From Squalus acanthias (taxonomy: Eukaryota), in NCBI GenBank assembly GCA_030390025.1, contig CM059438.1, positions 60,018,001 through 60,082,000 of the forward strand: a stretch of 64,000 nt of DNA, in the 5' to 3' direction. A program made the position numbers and the translations under genes. Numbering within the stretch: position 1 is the stretch's first letter; each line of letters opens with the position of its first letter. Under the pieces are notes generated by a model. The model made no database searches. It saw only the letters and a program-made list of their open reading frames with translations, and was not told the DNA's origin. Shown here piece by piece: positions 23,095-36,269 of the stretch.

Positions 23095-23312
23095 GCTACA
23101 AGTGCTGGAAACCTGAAACAAAATCAGCAAATGCTGACAGCACAAAGCAGGTCAGTCAGCATCGGTGGAGAGAACAGACAAATTAACATTTTGGATGAGG
23201 ACCCTTCTTCGGACCAAGATTCTGAAGGAGGGTCTGCCACCCAAGATGTAAACATCTGTTTTCTCCACAGATGCTGACTGACCTGCCATTTCTTTCCAGC
23301 ACTTTCTGTTTT
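23095..23312. repeat. Fold-back of two inverted Penelope-type end fragments
   Basis: GCAGGTCAGTCAGCATCGGTGGAGA is the near-exact reverse complement of TCTCCACAGATGCTGACTGACCTGC; same motif as the end of the element at 57779. Confidence 0.65.
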
Positions 23313-23859
23313 TCGTTCCATAGTATTATGTTTCATTTTGAAAAAGTTGTTTGCAATAACACATTTTGTTATATACTATTTGTGAACCCTTTATTTCACT
23401 TATAACATCTCCATCGATCCTCATTTGCTGCCAATGTCTATTAATAATTTATTTTTCTGTTAAAAATTGATGTTCTAAATTACAGTATGGAAGGCAGTAA
23501 TAGCAGGAGGCCATTCAGCCCCTCGAGTCTGCTCTACTATTCAATTAGATCATGGCTGATCTGTATCTTGGCTCCATCTACCCACCTTAGCTCCATATCC
23601 CTTGATACCCTGACCGAACAAAAACCTTTAGATCTCAGTCTTGAAAGCTCCAACGACGTCCAGCATTCACAGCCTTTTGGGGCAGAGTTCCAGAATTCGA
23701 CTACCTCTGATGCTTTCTGATTTCACTCCTAAATGAGCTATCTCCAATTCTAAGATTATGTCCCCTTGTTCTTGATTCTCTCACCAGAGGAAATAGTTTC
23801 TCTGTAGTCTACTCTATCAAATCGTTTTAACGTTATAAAAATCTCGATCAGCTCACCCC

Positions 23860-24472
23860 GGTTAATCCCGGGGATGAGGGGATGGACATATGAGGAGAGG
23901 TTGGGTAGATTGGGACTCTACTCATTGGAGTTCAGAAGAATGAGAGGCGATCTTATTGAAACATATAAGATTGTGAAGGGGTTGGATTGGGTGGATGCGG
24001 GGAGGATGTTCCCGATGATGGGTGAAACTAGAACTAGGGGGCATAGTCTTAGAATAAGGGACTGCTCTTTCAAAACTGAGATGAGGAGGAACTACTTCAC
24101 TCAGAGGGTGGTAGGTCCATGGAATATGCTGCCCCAAAAAGCTGTAGAAGCTACATCATTACATAAATTTAAAACAGAAATAGACAGTTTCCTAGAAGTA
24201 AAGGGAATTAAGGGTTACGGGGAGCGGGCAGGAATTTGGACATGAGTCTAGGTTCGGATTGGTCATGGCTCTGTGGGTAGCGCAGCGGGCCCAGGGGCCG
24301 TGTAGCCTGATCCTGCTCCTATTTCGTGTGTCCAATTCTGTTAGGTTCAGGAGATGGTTCTGTGATAGATTGGCGGTTAGGATCAGATCAGCCATGATCT
24401 TATTGAATGGCGGAGCAGGCTCGAGGGGCCAATTGGCCTACTCCTGCTCCTATTTCTTATGTTCTTATGTTC
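23860..24472 (+). mobile_element. CR1 3' fragment inserted into an opposite-strand CR1 (about 23490-23859 and 24473-24660)
   Basis: ORF MRGWTYEERLGRLGLYSLEFRRMRGDLIETYK...; the flanks rejoin as continuous minus-strand CR1. Confidence 0.8.
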
Positions 24473-27400
24473 TAATCTTCTCTACTCAAGGGAATACAAG
24501 CCAAGTTTATGCAACCTCTACTCATAATTTAACCCTCTAAGCTCCGGTATCATTCTGGTGAATCTGTACTGTAACCCCTCCAAGGCCAATATATCCTTCC
24601 TGAGGCTGGTGCCCTAAACTGAACGCAGTATTCCAGATGGGGTCTGACCAAGGTTCTGTACTGGCTAGCAGTGTGAAAGTTTCTCTATAGTGTGTTTGTG
24701 CAGTATGCTTATTGATGCGAGTGAGGATGATTAATGATGCTGCCTGGTGTGCACATTGCTTGCTGCAAGCTTTGTGAGTAAGTCTCTGCTGTGGTGGTGT
24801 GTTTGACAGGTTTTGCTTTTGAGATGAATTCTGCCACGGTAGTTCTATAGTATGAAACAAGAATAAGAGACAACTTTTGCGGTATTAAAAGTTTGGGGAT
24901 TCAGTTCCTTTTTCATCAGATCACCGATCAGTAGGAGGTTCTTCCATCTACTGCTTTAAGGAACAATGCCACAGATCCATTAGTAATATAATAAAAGTCT
25001 TCTTGGAAATGTCCCTATCTCTGTAACCACCTCCAGTCCTACAACCTTCGTCTGCGCTCCTCCAATTCTGGCCTCTTGCGCATCCCCAATTTTCAGCGCT
25101 CCACCAGCGGCAGCCATGCTTTCAGCTGCCTAGGCCCTAAGCTCTGGAATTCCTTCCCTTAATCTCTCCACCTGTCTACATCTCTTTTCTCCTTTAATTC
25201 GCTCCTTAAAACCTACCTCTTTGTCCAAGCCATTGGTCACCTGTCCTAATATCACCTTATGTGGCTTGGTGTCATATTTTGTGTGGTAACGCTCCTGTGT
25301 ATGACGCAATATAAATGCAACTAAATCCTGTAACACATGAACAACGCCACGAGAGGTCCGCTAGTATCCCTATAATACGTCGTGCGTGTGCGGAGTCTGA
25401 TAGCTAATTCAATCCATCGGTCAGCTTTAGCTATTGGTTCATTTCGAGGCCAGCTATTAATGTGTGATAATAAATGTGAATAATTTAATGAGCCATACTA
25501 ATATTCCACTCCGCTTAGTTTAAAAGGGTTAATGCTTCCACTAAATAGCGCTGAGGGAAATTTCAGATGACGCGCTGTGCTCGTATCTGTTATTGCACAG
25601 CGGAATTTCCAAGGACCTTGGTCATTCTCAGCGTCACCACCTGGGCCGTAATCTGGTGAAACGATTGCCCACCTGTTGTAGAACCTGCCTGCTTGTCATT
25701 CCCATTGGTTGCAAATTACACCCCTGCAAAAACGGTTCCTCATGCACCCCAGCAGATACATCAAAATAACATTTAGAACTCGTAATTCAGAATTAATTTT
25801 ACAGCCCTCCCCCTCAACATCCTGTCTGCCAATCAATCCTAGGCGTGCATGGCCCAACAAACCCCAGCAGGTCCTGGGACCATCTCCAACCTCCCGTACA
25901 CCCTCTCCCACTCTATCATTAATTTTACTCGGAAAATAAGAAATGTATTTAAATAAGTTATGCTAAACCTTTATAAATCACTGGTTAGGCCTCAGCTGGA
26001 GTATGGTGTCCAATTCTGGGCTCCCCACTTTAAGAAGGATGTCAAGGCTTTGGAGAGGGTGTAAAGAGATTTACCAGAATGGTACCAGGGATGAAGGACT
26101 TCAGTTATGTGGAAAGACTAGAGAAGCTGGGATTGTTCTTCTTAGAGCAGAGAAGGTTAAGGGAGGTTTAATAGAGGTGTTCAAAATTATGAAGGGTTTT
26201 GATAGAGCAGATAGGGAGAAATTGTTTCCACTGGCAGGAGGGTCAATAATCAGAGGACAACAACAACTTGCATTTATATAGCGTCTTTAACGTAGTAAAG
26301 CATCCCAAGAGTGTTATCAGACAAAATTAGACACCGAACCACATAAGGAGATATTAGGACAGGTGACCAAAAGCTTGGTTAAAGAAGAAGGTTTTAAGCA
26401 GGTTCTTAATGGTGGAAAGGCAGGATGATTTAGGGAGCGAATTCCAGAGTTTAGGGCCTAGGCAGCTGAAGGCACGGCCGCCAATGGAAGGGCGAAGGAA
26501 ATCAGGGACATTAAACATCTTTTGGAGTAGACAGAAGAATGTGGAGGGAATTCTGTCCCACTCTTGGTATATACAGTGGAGGTTTCATAGGAGACTCGTC
26601 TTACGGAAACTGCGTCTCTATGGTGAAAAAAAGTTAAAAGTGCTCAGACAAAGCCCGAACTTTTAACAATAAGTAAGCTTGGTTCAGGGTATTGGACTTG
26701 GATATATAGTATCTGGCATGACACAAACTACCCTCCATAGGTCTTTCCACCATGAAGAAGCAAGCGTCCATTGTATAGCCGATGAGGGAACTCCATACTG
26801 GATATGCACTTGGTTGTTGCAAAGCCTTACATGGAGGCTGGTATGAGAACACCCACTTGTATATCCAGGGTTTGGTGCCTAAGGTGATTTGGTTGCAGAG
26901 AGGTGAAAATTTACATAGGTTTACATAGAATTTACAGCACAGAAACAGGCCATTCGGCCCAACTGATCTATGCTGGTGTTTATGCTCCACACGAGCCTCC
27001 TCCCACTTTACTTCATCTCACTCTATCACCATATCCTTCTATTCCTTTCTCCCTCATATACTTATCTAGCCTCCCCTTAAATTATTCGGCTTCAGTTAAC
27101 CCTGCAATCCAATGCCCTGACGGATAAGGTGGTACTGGCTAAACAAGCAGCAGAGAATGTGCCAGTTCTCTCCGCTGGTAGGCTGTGCAGTTTTCGCTAG
27201 TTACACTTCAGCAGTACCTTTGTGCATACACTAGGCTCTTGCACCCAAGGTCTGTGGACTTGGGAAGAGAATTGTGTTCCTATGGGAAGAGAGTGATAAT
27301 TTCGTGCTGGCAAACGGAAACTCAACCCCAAAAAAGGCGGGCAGTCAGAGAATATTCTGTCTTGATCCTGAAAGGCATTGCCCAACACCACTTAATTCTA

Positions 27401-28420
27401 ATGTAACTTCAAGGATATGTTCGGCCTAAGTACCTGGCTGTGAAATGTACTCTATGTACTCTGCTAGTTTCCTCAGGAGATTCCTCAGTAGTTTAATTAC
27501 AAGTTTGTGTCATTCTTTAAACTCTGTTCAGATGTTCCAGACTGTCGGTTTCCATGCATATCAGCATCTACCGATGTAAGTGATCTTATCCCAAAGCCTT
27601 CAGCTTCAAGGATGTTATCTCCTTCTGCAGATAACTGGCCTGTGACAAATCCTGGACCATTTCTTCAGCATGTGTGAAATACTATCTAATATACATAAAA
27701 TTCACTGACACCTGACCTGGTGAAGTGTGTATTGACTACATGGCTCAAACAAAAGTTGTCTTGACTGTTTAAATACCAAGGTTCTTTGCCAAATGTGCAT
27801 CTCAACACACTGATGAAGGATTATGGAATTTTTAATACCCGTTTTAAGGAAACTAAAAAGAAACTCTGCGTTGTTCAAAAAGCAGAATTTAAAAGTATTA
27901 ACAACAAAGGATAGAACACAGAATTGTTAACCTAACTGCTTAGAAGGCTAACTGAGACAATGTACTTTGGTGAAGACAAGGGACGAGGTTGAAGAAGACA
28001 GCTGCCCAGATAGACCTTGAGACTGGGAACATTAGAAAACTGCTTTTGCATAATTGGGAGAAAGAGGATGGAAAGTTACCAAGAAGTTTGGTTTGCCAGC
28101 AGCCAGGTTATAAAGGAGGATTGTTTAACCCTTGAAAAGAAGAGGAAAGGCTGGAGTCAGCAGGTAAGGAGTCCACCATCCAAGAAGAAAGACGACATCA
28201 GGACAAGGGCGTGATCAACCCTTCGTTTTGGCCATTATACAGATCCTCCTTCAAGGTTGTATTATTGGGATACTGTGCCAATCACATGTTGCTATATACA
28301 GAACAACATCCGCTGATTAAAGTCTTCCTACCTATTTCCCACCAGTGTCTTCACGCTTCACTCTGCTCTTCCACTGAGCCACCAGTAAAAACAATGCAAA
28401 ACCCTTAAAATACAAAATAC

Positions 28421-28757
28421 AGGCTGACTCTCCAGTGCCGTGCTGAGGGAGTGCTGCTGTCAGAGGTGCCATTTTTCGGATGAGACGTTAAACCGAGGCC
28501 CCGTCTGCTCTCTCAGGTGGACGTAAAAGATCCCACGGCACTATTTCGAAGAGCTGGGGAATTCTCCCTGGTGTTCTGGTCAATATTTATACCTTAACCA
28601 ACATCACTAAAACATGTTTTCTGGCCATGATCGCATTGCTGTTTGTGGGAGCTTGCTGTGTCCAAATTTGCTGCCGCGTTTCCTACACTTCAAAAGTATT
28701 TCATTGCCTGATAAGCGCTTTGAGACGTCCTGAGGTTGTGAAAGGCACGTCTTTCTT
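28421..28757 (+). mobile_element. DeuSINE, second copy
   Basis: Colinear with 20235-20600. Confidence 0.7.
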
Positions 28758-29613
28758 TCTGAAAAACACGATGGTGTGAATGATACAATGGGACACTGAA
28801 TTAACATTCCTAAGATGTAAACTCGTACAACTTATTTTTTTTTTTTTTATAGTGGCACGATGCTTTGGCACTGCATTGCACTGTGGCCACAATTAATACT
28901 GAGGTACTACTTTCAACCATGCCCTCATATAGTACAGAGCGGAGGTTGTCAGGAAACATAAAGCATTCTCCTGGTGGAGTGGGCAGCTGGAGGTCAAAGT
29001 GCCCTGAGCTGCTCTTGCACCACCTAGTGGTTGACGATGAGTGGTACCAGTAAAGGTATGGGATGAGGTTACATCAAAGAGAGGGAGGAAATAATATTAC
29101 ACAACATGCACTCGACAGAAAATATTAACAGTAGGATTGAAACCTGCCCATTAAGAGCACTCAATTTAAGCCAGAAATGTTTTTATTAAAAGACTTTGTT
29201 TTATTCTCAAGATTGAGAGGCATTTGACGTTGGAACAGGATCTCCTGAGAATTAGACTCAAAGGATACCTCTGTTCAGTAGCTAAGATTGCTACAAGCTG
29301 TAAGATTCAACAGGCACTGTCATGGTTTAATCTACAATACACCTCTGTCACTTTTCTACATGGTGGAAGTAATGGCTCACACAGATGAATGAACCTCACA
29401 TTAGCTTGTGTGCTGATAACATTAGATTTACCCAGTCGTACAATGACATGGGAAACTGGAAGCTCTGAATTTGGGGAAAATAGTGTGTGTCCCTTTTACT
29501 TTACCATCCAGTGTTCTCCCCTCCTCATGTACTGTGGTGCAGCCCTTTGGTAACTCCATCTACCGGCCTTTCTGCTCCTGTGAGCCCGGACAGTGAGTGC
29601 CAGTGGACTATTC

Positions 29614-31175
29614 CAGTGGTTCTCAAACTTTTTTGATTGAAGGTCTCCTTTTCCAATCGATTAGTAATCACGGACCCCCATCTAAATTACAATACTATAT
29701 AATACTCATAACATGAAAGTGCTGCATGTGAAGAGTGTTTTAATAATGCTTTTAAGAAAACGTGTATTTACTTACAGACATCAGTGAGCTGGGTGCGCCT
29801 GCTTCTCACACCAATTCTGGGCACTCTGCAGCAACAGATGGCCACTATTAGCCACTTAGTGCTGTATAATTTTTAAAGCCGTCAGTAGGCTGGCCAAGGT
29901 GAGTGAGGGCGCGAGCACCCATCCACATGCAGAGATGCTGCTGGAAACACGACTCACCGCCACACTGTCCCACTGGCATGTTCTGTAACAGCTGCACTGC
30001 GGGATTGTACGTGTTTGTGTGAACATGTTCAGGCACGTGTTTGAAGGGCCCCGCAGGCACTCTGATCACGTGTCGGGAGGACGGCGCAGAGTCGCGGCGC
30101 CAGGGTGAGGAATCGGCTCGACCGGCAGGGAGCGCTCGTTGCAAAGTGAGTGAGAGCTGTGGGCCTCTGTGAGGAGGTGAGCCCAGCCGTTGAGAATAAT
30201 TTGCAAGAACTGAATCAACGTCGGTTTTATAAAGAGGAGCAGGCTTGAAATGACCTGATTCTATGATCGCTGAAACTACTGAACAGTTTCACGAATCAAG
30301 CTGAGTTTTGGTGCCATCGACATATTGGACAAGACATACCGACCACCACCGACAGAGGTTTACTTCTTCTCCCAGCACTATTCGTGATTGAGAAGGCAGG
30401 CACGCGACCTGCTCACAAAGCTCTGCCACTGGAGCCGGGCATAAACAGATACGCAAAGTGCAGTGCAGTTCATTCACCACCTGTTGCAGTCTCAACACTC
30501 AGGAGAAAGGATCTCGCTCAAATCAAAAACTCAGCACGTGCACAAAGTACAGACCCGGACCCACAGCTCATCAAAGGGGCACCGTGTGCGTGTTAGAAGT
30601 TTCAGGTCACAAAGCCCCATGCATGCCTGCCCCCCAATAATGGAACCCCCGGCGCACACCACCCCTCCCCCCTCTGATCCATCACATCTCAGCAGCCCGG
30701 CCTCAAACCGAATAAAATCAGCCGGAGGTTAAACGAGCCCGGGGACTGGCCGCCGGCAAACCTCGGAGGAGGATGCGACCCAGCACGGTACAAGTAACCA
30801 GGGGTGGCAGTGACTGGAGAACCCTGATTCCGGGGTAGGGGAGGAGCAGGAGAAGAGCCGGCCCCTGGGAGAGGCCAGGCCCACTGTCCATTCAGTAAGT
30901 GACCCCTCCCCCCCCCGCCGGCGGCTTGACTTGGCTCAGGCTGCAGTCACCGTCCACTGGCCCCAGCTCGCAGGCCCCAGCAGCGGCCGCGGCTCCTCTT
31001 CCACAGTCTCACTAACAAGGTGCAGAGTGTGGGACTTACCTGGTCCCGGAGCTTGAGGAAAAGCATTGCCTCGGGTCGGTACGGGGCAGGGCGGCGGAGA
31101 GCGGTCAGGCCGCGGACCCCCTGGAAAGTCTCTAATGACCCCAGGGGTCCGCGGACCCCAGTTTGAGAAACACTG
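29614..31175 (-). mobile_element. Non-autonomous hAT (Charlie/Buster-like) DNA transposon, 1562 bp
   Basis: 16-bp TIRs CAGTGGTTCTCAAACT / AGTTTGAGAAACACTG; perfect 8-bp TSD GACTATTC at 29606-29613 and 31176-31183; KQAHPAH-stop near 29774-29800 resembles a Charlie transposase C-terminus. Confidence 0.88.
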
Positions 31176-31758
31176 GACTATTCAACTGTGGGAATTTCAC
31201 CACCAAGTCCTAACCTGTTCCCACTCAACATCCACATCCACGCACTTTCCAGTAGGGGTGATTGGACAGTGATCAGGAATGGGTACACACGCAGATTCCT
31301 CCCTTCCCTTTCCTCAAGCTCTGAGGCCAATGGTAGTATCCCTATTCATGCCCCCCATTCTGATCACCTAACTCAGCAGACTGAGACTCAAATCCTGGAA
31401 ACCTCTGGTCTGTACGACTTCACGCTACATCATGTGATGCCTTTACCCACCAATTAATTGTGGCAGTACGTCCTTTTCCTTTTAAACGTACAAGTATCTT
31501 GGTACAGGCATGGGCGTCTGGACAGTATAGTATGAGTCAACACATTATGTGATAAAGATGTCCCTTATCAATTGGATATCACCACCATTGTCTCTTATGG
31601 TTTTTTTTTAATATATTCATTTTCGGGATGTGGGCATCGCTGGCAAAGCCCTGGAGTTGGTGGTGGTGTACCTTCTTGAACCGCTGGAGTCCATGTGGTG
31701 AAGGTACTCCAACAGTGCTGTTAGGTAGGGACTTCCAGGATTTTGACTCAGCGACATC

Positions 31759-32177
31759 CAATGTTCCCTCTTATTTTTTTTCAGTGTGCGGGCCCTTTAA
31801 CTGGCTGCGCAGCTCATTTAAATGTTCGCGCATGCGCGGTTTTTCTCATATAAAAGCTAGTACGCGGCCTGTGCGGGACCTCCAAAGCGCTGCGCGGGAC
31901 CTCCAGAGAGCTGGGCGGGACCTCCAGAGCGCTGCGCGGGACCTCCAGAGCGCTGCGTGGGACCTCCAGAGCGCTGCGCGGGACCTCCAGAGAGCTGCGC
32001 GGGAGCTCCAGAGCGCTGCGCGGGACCTCCAGAGCGCTGCGCGGGACCTCCAGAGCGCTGCGCGGGACCTCCAGAGAGCTGCGCGGGACCTCCAGAGCGC
32101 TGCGCGGGACCTCCAGAGCGCTGCGCGGGACCTCCAGAGCGCTGCGCGGCCGGCCGCACAGCTTAACGGGAACTTTG
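31759..32177. mobile_element. hAT-type MITE inserted in a LINE fragment
   Basis: TIRs CAATGTTCCC / GGGAACTTTG; degenerate 8-bp TSD GCGACATC / GTGACAAC. Confidence 0.7.
31871..32149. repeat. 21-bp minisatellite, 13 copies plus a partial, consensus GCGCGGGACCTCCAGAGCGCT
   Basis: Directly visible; accounts for the repetitive ORFs in several frames. Confidence 0.97.
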
Positions 32178-33452
32178 GTGACAACCTTCCTAAAGTGTGG
32201 TGCCCCTATAAATGATGTCTTGGGCAGATGCATCTACGACAGGTAGATTGGTGAGGACGAGGTCAAGTGGGTTATTCCCTCGTGTTGGCTCCCTCACCAA
32301 GTGCCGCAAGCGCAGTCTGGCAGTTACGTCCTTCAGGTCTCGGCCAGCTCGGCCAGTGGTGGTGCTACCGAGTCACCCTTGGTGATGGACAATCAAGTCC
32401 CCCACCCAGAGTACATTTTGCACCCTTGCTGCCCTCAGTGCTTCCTCCAAGTGATGTTCAACATGGAGGTTAACTGATTCATCAGCTGAGGGAGGGCAGT
32501 AGGTGGTAATCAGCAAGAGGTTTCCTTGCCCATGTTTGACCTGAAGCCATGAGACTTCATGTAGCCAGGAGTCACTGTTGAGAACTCCCAGGGCTTACTG
32601 GGCCACTTCAGAGTGCAGTTAAGAGTCAATCCAGGTTGGGTTGATTAAATGTGCATGGTTGTGCATAATTCAAATTCTAGCCATATATCTTCCTAAGTTA
32701 GTTGCTGATCAGGTTGTAACCATTTCTTAGACGGACAGAATGGCAGAACTCTAGTACTTGGCACTTCCCCATTCACAGTTCTATTTCTGGCTAGCACAGA
32801 TCCAGTACATATCTACTTGGTAAAGACAACTGAGTGACTGCCTGAGATTAGGAATGTGAGTGCTGGACTTCCAACCCCCCCACTTTCTGGCAGACTTCTA
32901 CTAATGATTTACTATGCAGCGATTCATGACCACTCTACCAATAACATTTCAGAAGACATAGTGCGATAGCTGAGAGATGCTTGGAATTCACCTGACTGCA
33001 GTTCTCCCCGGGGCTCACGTGCTAAAGGCCCCTCTGTAACTGCACATATAGACTAAGAACATCCCAGGTTTGATCCACTCCATGGAGTTAACTGGTCTCA
33101 CGCAACGCATTAGGCGATTGGCCTCAATGCTCCGCGGTTAGAGAGGGGAGGAGAAATCTGGCAGGGATCCTGCAATAAAAGCAGGAAATGCTGGAAATGC
33201 ATCAGCATCTTAAAAGAGAAAAAAAGGTTACTGTGTTGGGTCGAGACCATTCGGAATCAGCCACGATTTCTGCTCCCAGTTGATATCCAGTGATGCCTGC
33301 TCCAAAAGTGTGTGCTTGTAGATAGCAGGCGAAGGCAGGATCAAGCTCGGCTGTGATATTCCCATGCTCAAATATGTCACCAAACTCACATCTGAGGTTC
33401 ACCCAAGAGGAATGGCCATTTGGGCGTGGTACCCGAGGGCAGTCTGCCTTAC

Positions 33453-34779
33453 TGTAAGGTTTCCAAAATTTGCAGATCCCCAAAACCTAAGGAAAAAGGA
33501 CTTTGGAACTACCCCAGAGTGATAAAAATGCATTTGGGCCTAACATAAGGAATTTAAGACCAAAAACCAAGTTTTGGCATTTTAAAAGACATGTCTGGAC
33601 CTGTAAGGGAGAAAAGGCTGCACGGGAGGTGGGTTCGACCTTTGTAAAAGCAGTTTTGGGTATTGCAGTTAAATTGCATTGTCTGGGGAATCGGGATGAC
33701 CTCACTCAAGCCCCAGCAAGCATTAACATTTTGACAACAGACCCTAGGAGAAGACAGTCTCATCCCATCAAAAACCAATCAGCCAAGAAGATCGACAGGA
33801 TGCAAACCATCCCAAAAATAAACCATTTGACACTTACAGAACCCATTAAAGACATGCATAAAGATAGGAGTCCTAGGCCCAGTCAAGAAACCCAAAACAT
33901 GAGGACAATGCAAACTCCGATTAAACAACAGATCGACAGGATGGAGCTATCCGGAAACCACTTCACACATTTACAAAACCAGTTAACATGCTAGTAAAGT
34001 CGTTACTTTTAACGAGGTCTTACAATGACCGGGATTTGATTTGGGGTAGATAAGGCCACTTCAATTTAGTATAATTAAAGGCCCATCAAACAGTTACAGT
34101 TCAAGTTCAACAGAAGGCAGTTCAACAGAAGGCAGTTCTGCAGTTCAATCGAAAAGCCTGTTTTCAGCAAGAAGTCGGGGCTGGAGTTACAGAGTTCAGG
34201 ACAAGCAGGCAGAAGGCAGTTTCCACAGTTCTGCAAGAAGGCAGTTCCATAGCTCGGAAGAAGACAGTTTAAACAGAGGCAGAGTTACAGCAAGAAGTTC
34301 AACAAAGAAGGCCAACAACTTCACAAGCAGACCGACACGCAAGAAGAAACCAGAGCGACTGCCTCAGTGTCCATCGGACACCTCGCGGCAACAAGGGCCT
34401 TACGAAACCTTTTACTCAAAAGACTCTAAACCCTAACTCTCAACTGTCAAGGATTCGTTTGGTGAGCATTATCCCTGGTTCTCCAGAGTCCAACCTAGCT
34501 AGTGAAGTGGGATTGGGAGGGGTGAAGTATTCTTCTAATGTTATTTCCCTCGCCTGTACCGTGTGTTCCCCAACCTGTGTTTAAGTATTAAGTGTGTTTT
34601 AAGTTTGTTACCTTTTTCTTTTTAATAAAGTCAAAATTCTTTCATCAGGACCTGTTGTCTACTGCATCTTTGTTCACAACCACTAAATAAGTCCAAGGTC
34701 TAGAACCAGGGGCGTGGGAGCGATTCGAACTGCTCGCTGAGTCAGAGGTGAGGCTGACCCCCACACACCACCCCCTACA
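33453..34779 (+). mobile_element. Solo LTR, 1327 bp
   Basis: TGTAAGG...CCCTACA termini; perfect 5-bp TSD CTTAC at 33448-33452 and 34780-34784; AATAAA at 34624; internal AGAAGGCAGTT repeats. Confidence 0.8.
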
Positions 34780-35327
34780 CTTACCACAACAAAAGTCAAT
34801 GCCTTCAGGACAGGAGGAAATAGTCCATAATAAAATAATTAATAGCACTTAGTTTCAGATGTCATTAATCTGTTTGCCCAAGCTTTCATCAGTAAACTAA
34901 TTACACGGCGGAGATGAGAGATTATTGCAGTTTCAGACATGAAATACAGTATGAGGTTGAATGTCACTGCGACAATTAGTAGTGTATGCATCTAAAAGTA
35001 CTGGTGGATACAGGGTCAGATTGCATGTTGCCTTCCACCCACTCCTGACCATTAAACCAAGCAGCACTGACTAGCCTTTCACTAACCTTCACACTCAGTG
35101 GGGACTTTTGCTTTTTTCTTCAGTAAATGAGAGACTACTTACCATAAGTAGAATCATCCTCGTTCAATAAAGATCAACCTCCATCTGCGGTTAGGAACTA
35201 CGGAAATTCCATGAGGGAAAAGTCACCAAGGACCTGAGGCAAGGCTTGCTTTGTCTGATGAAGGCGGGGGTGAGACCTCCAGAACCAGCAAGATGCACTG
35301 AAATATCAGAATAACAGTAAAAGAGAA

Positions 35328-36269
35328 ACATAGAATCAGAGAATGGTTACAGCACGGAAGAAGGCCATTTGGCCCGTCAAGCCCGTGCCGGCTCTCTGCA
35401 GGAGCACTTCAGCTAGTCCCACTCCCCCACTCTTTCCCCGTAGCCCTGCAAATTTCTTTCCTTCAGATACTTATCCAACTCCCTTTTGAAAGCCGTGATT
35501 GAATCTGTCTCCACCACCCTTTCAGGCAGTGCATTCCAGATCTTAACCACTCGCTGCGTAAAAAAGTTTTTTCTTACGTCGCCTTTGGTTCCTTTGCTAA
35601 TCACCTTAAATCTGTGTCCTCTGGTTCTTGACCCTTCCGCCAATGGGAACAGTTTCCCTCTATCTACTCTGTCCAGACCCCTCATGGTTTTGAACAGCTC
35701 TATCAAATCTCATCTCAATCTTCTCTGCTCCAAGGAGAACAACCCCAGCTTCTCCAGTCTATCCACGTAACTGAAGTCCCTCATCCCTGGAACCATTCTC
35801 GTAAATCTTTTCTGCACCCTCTCTAAGGCCTTCACATCCTTCCTAAAGTGTGGTGCCCAGAATTGGGCACAGTATTCTAGTTGGAGCCGAACCAGTATTT
35901 TATACAGGTTCATCATAATTTCCACATTTTGAACTCTATACCTCTATTTATGAGGCCCAGGATCCCGTAAGCCTTTTTAACTGCTTTCTCAACCTGCCCT
36001 GCCACTTTCAACGATTGGTGCCCACATACCCCCAGGTCTCTCTGTTCGTGCACCCCCTTCAGGATTGCACCATTTAGTTTATATGTCCTCTCCTCATTCT
36101 TTCTACCAAAATGTATCACTTCACACTTGGCTGCGTTAAATTTCATCTGCCCCGTGTCCGCCCATTTCACCAGTCTGTCTATGTCTTCCTAAAGTCTATC
36201 ACTCTCATCTTCACTGTTCACTATACTTCCAAGTTTTGTGTCATCTGCAAATTTTGAAATTGTGCCCTG
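35328..36269 (-). mobile_element. CR1, 3' half (host of the outer provirus)
   Basis: ISKFADDTKLG, LEYCAQFWAPH and FFTQRVV motifs; continues at 51755. Confidence 0.9.

Noticed and set aside
26530..28380. Coding-looking unique sequence
   Set aside because: Frames I checked contain multiple stops and no identifiable domain.
15300..29500. Possible opposite-strand neighbour gene such as FAM166A, which flanks human TUBB4B
   Set aside because: No recognisable exon in the stretches I translated; a translated search would be needed to exclude it.
31871..32149. CRISPR-like appearance of regular repeats
   Set aside because: Head-to-tail units with no unique spacers, in eukaryotic DNA.
31628..32233. 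Several long ORFs with RDLQSAA, SALEVPR, AALWRSR or GGPAQRS repeats
   Set aside because: By-product of a stop-free 21-bp minisatellite; no splice or promoter support.
33503..33994. 163-aa ORF in the solo LTR
   Set aside because: No ATG start or recognisable motif; lies in presumed U3.
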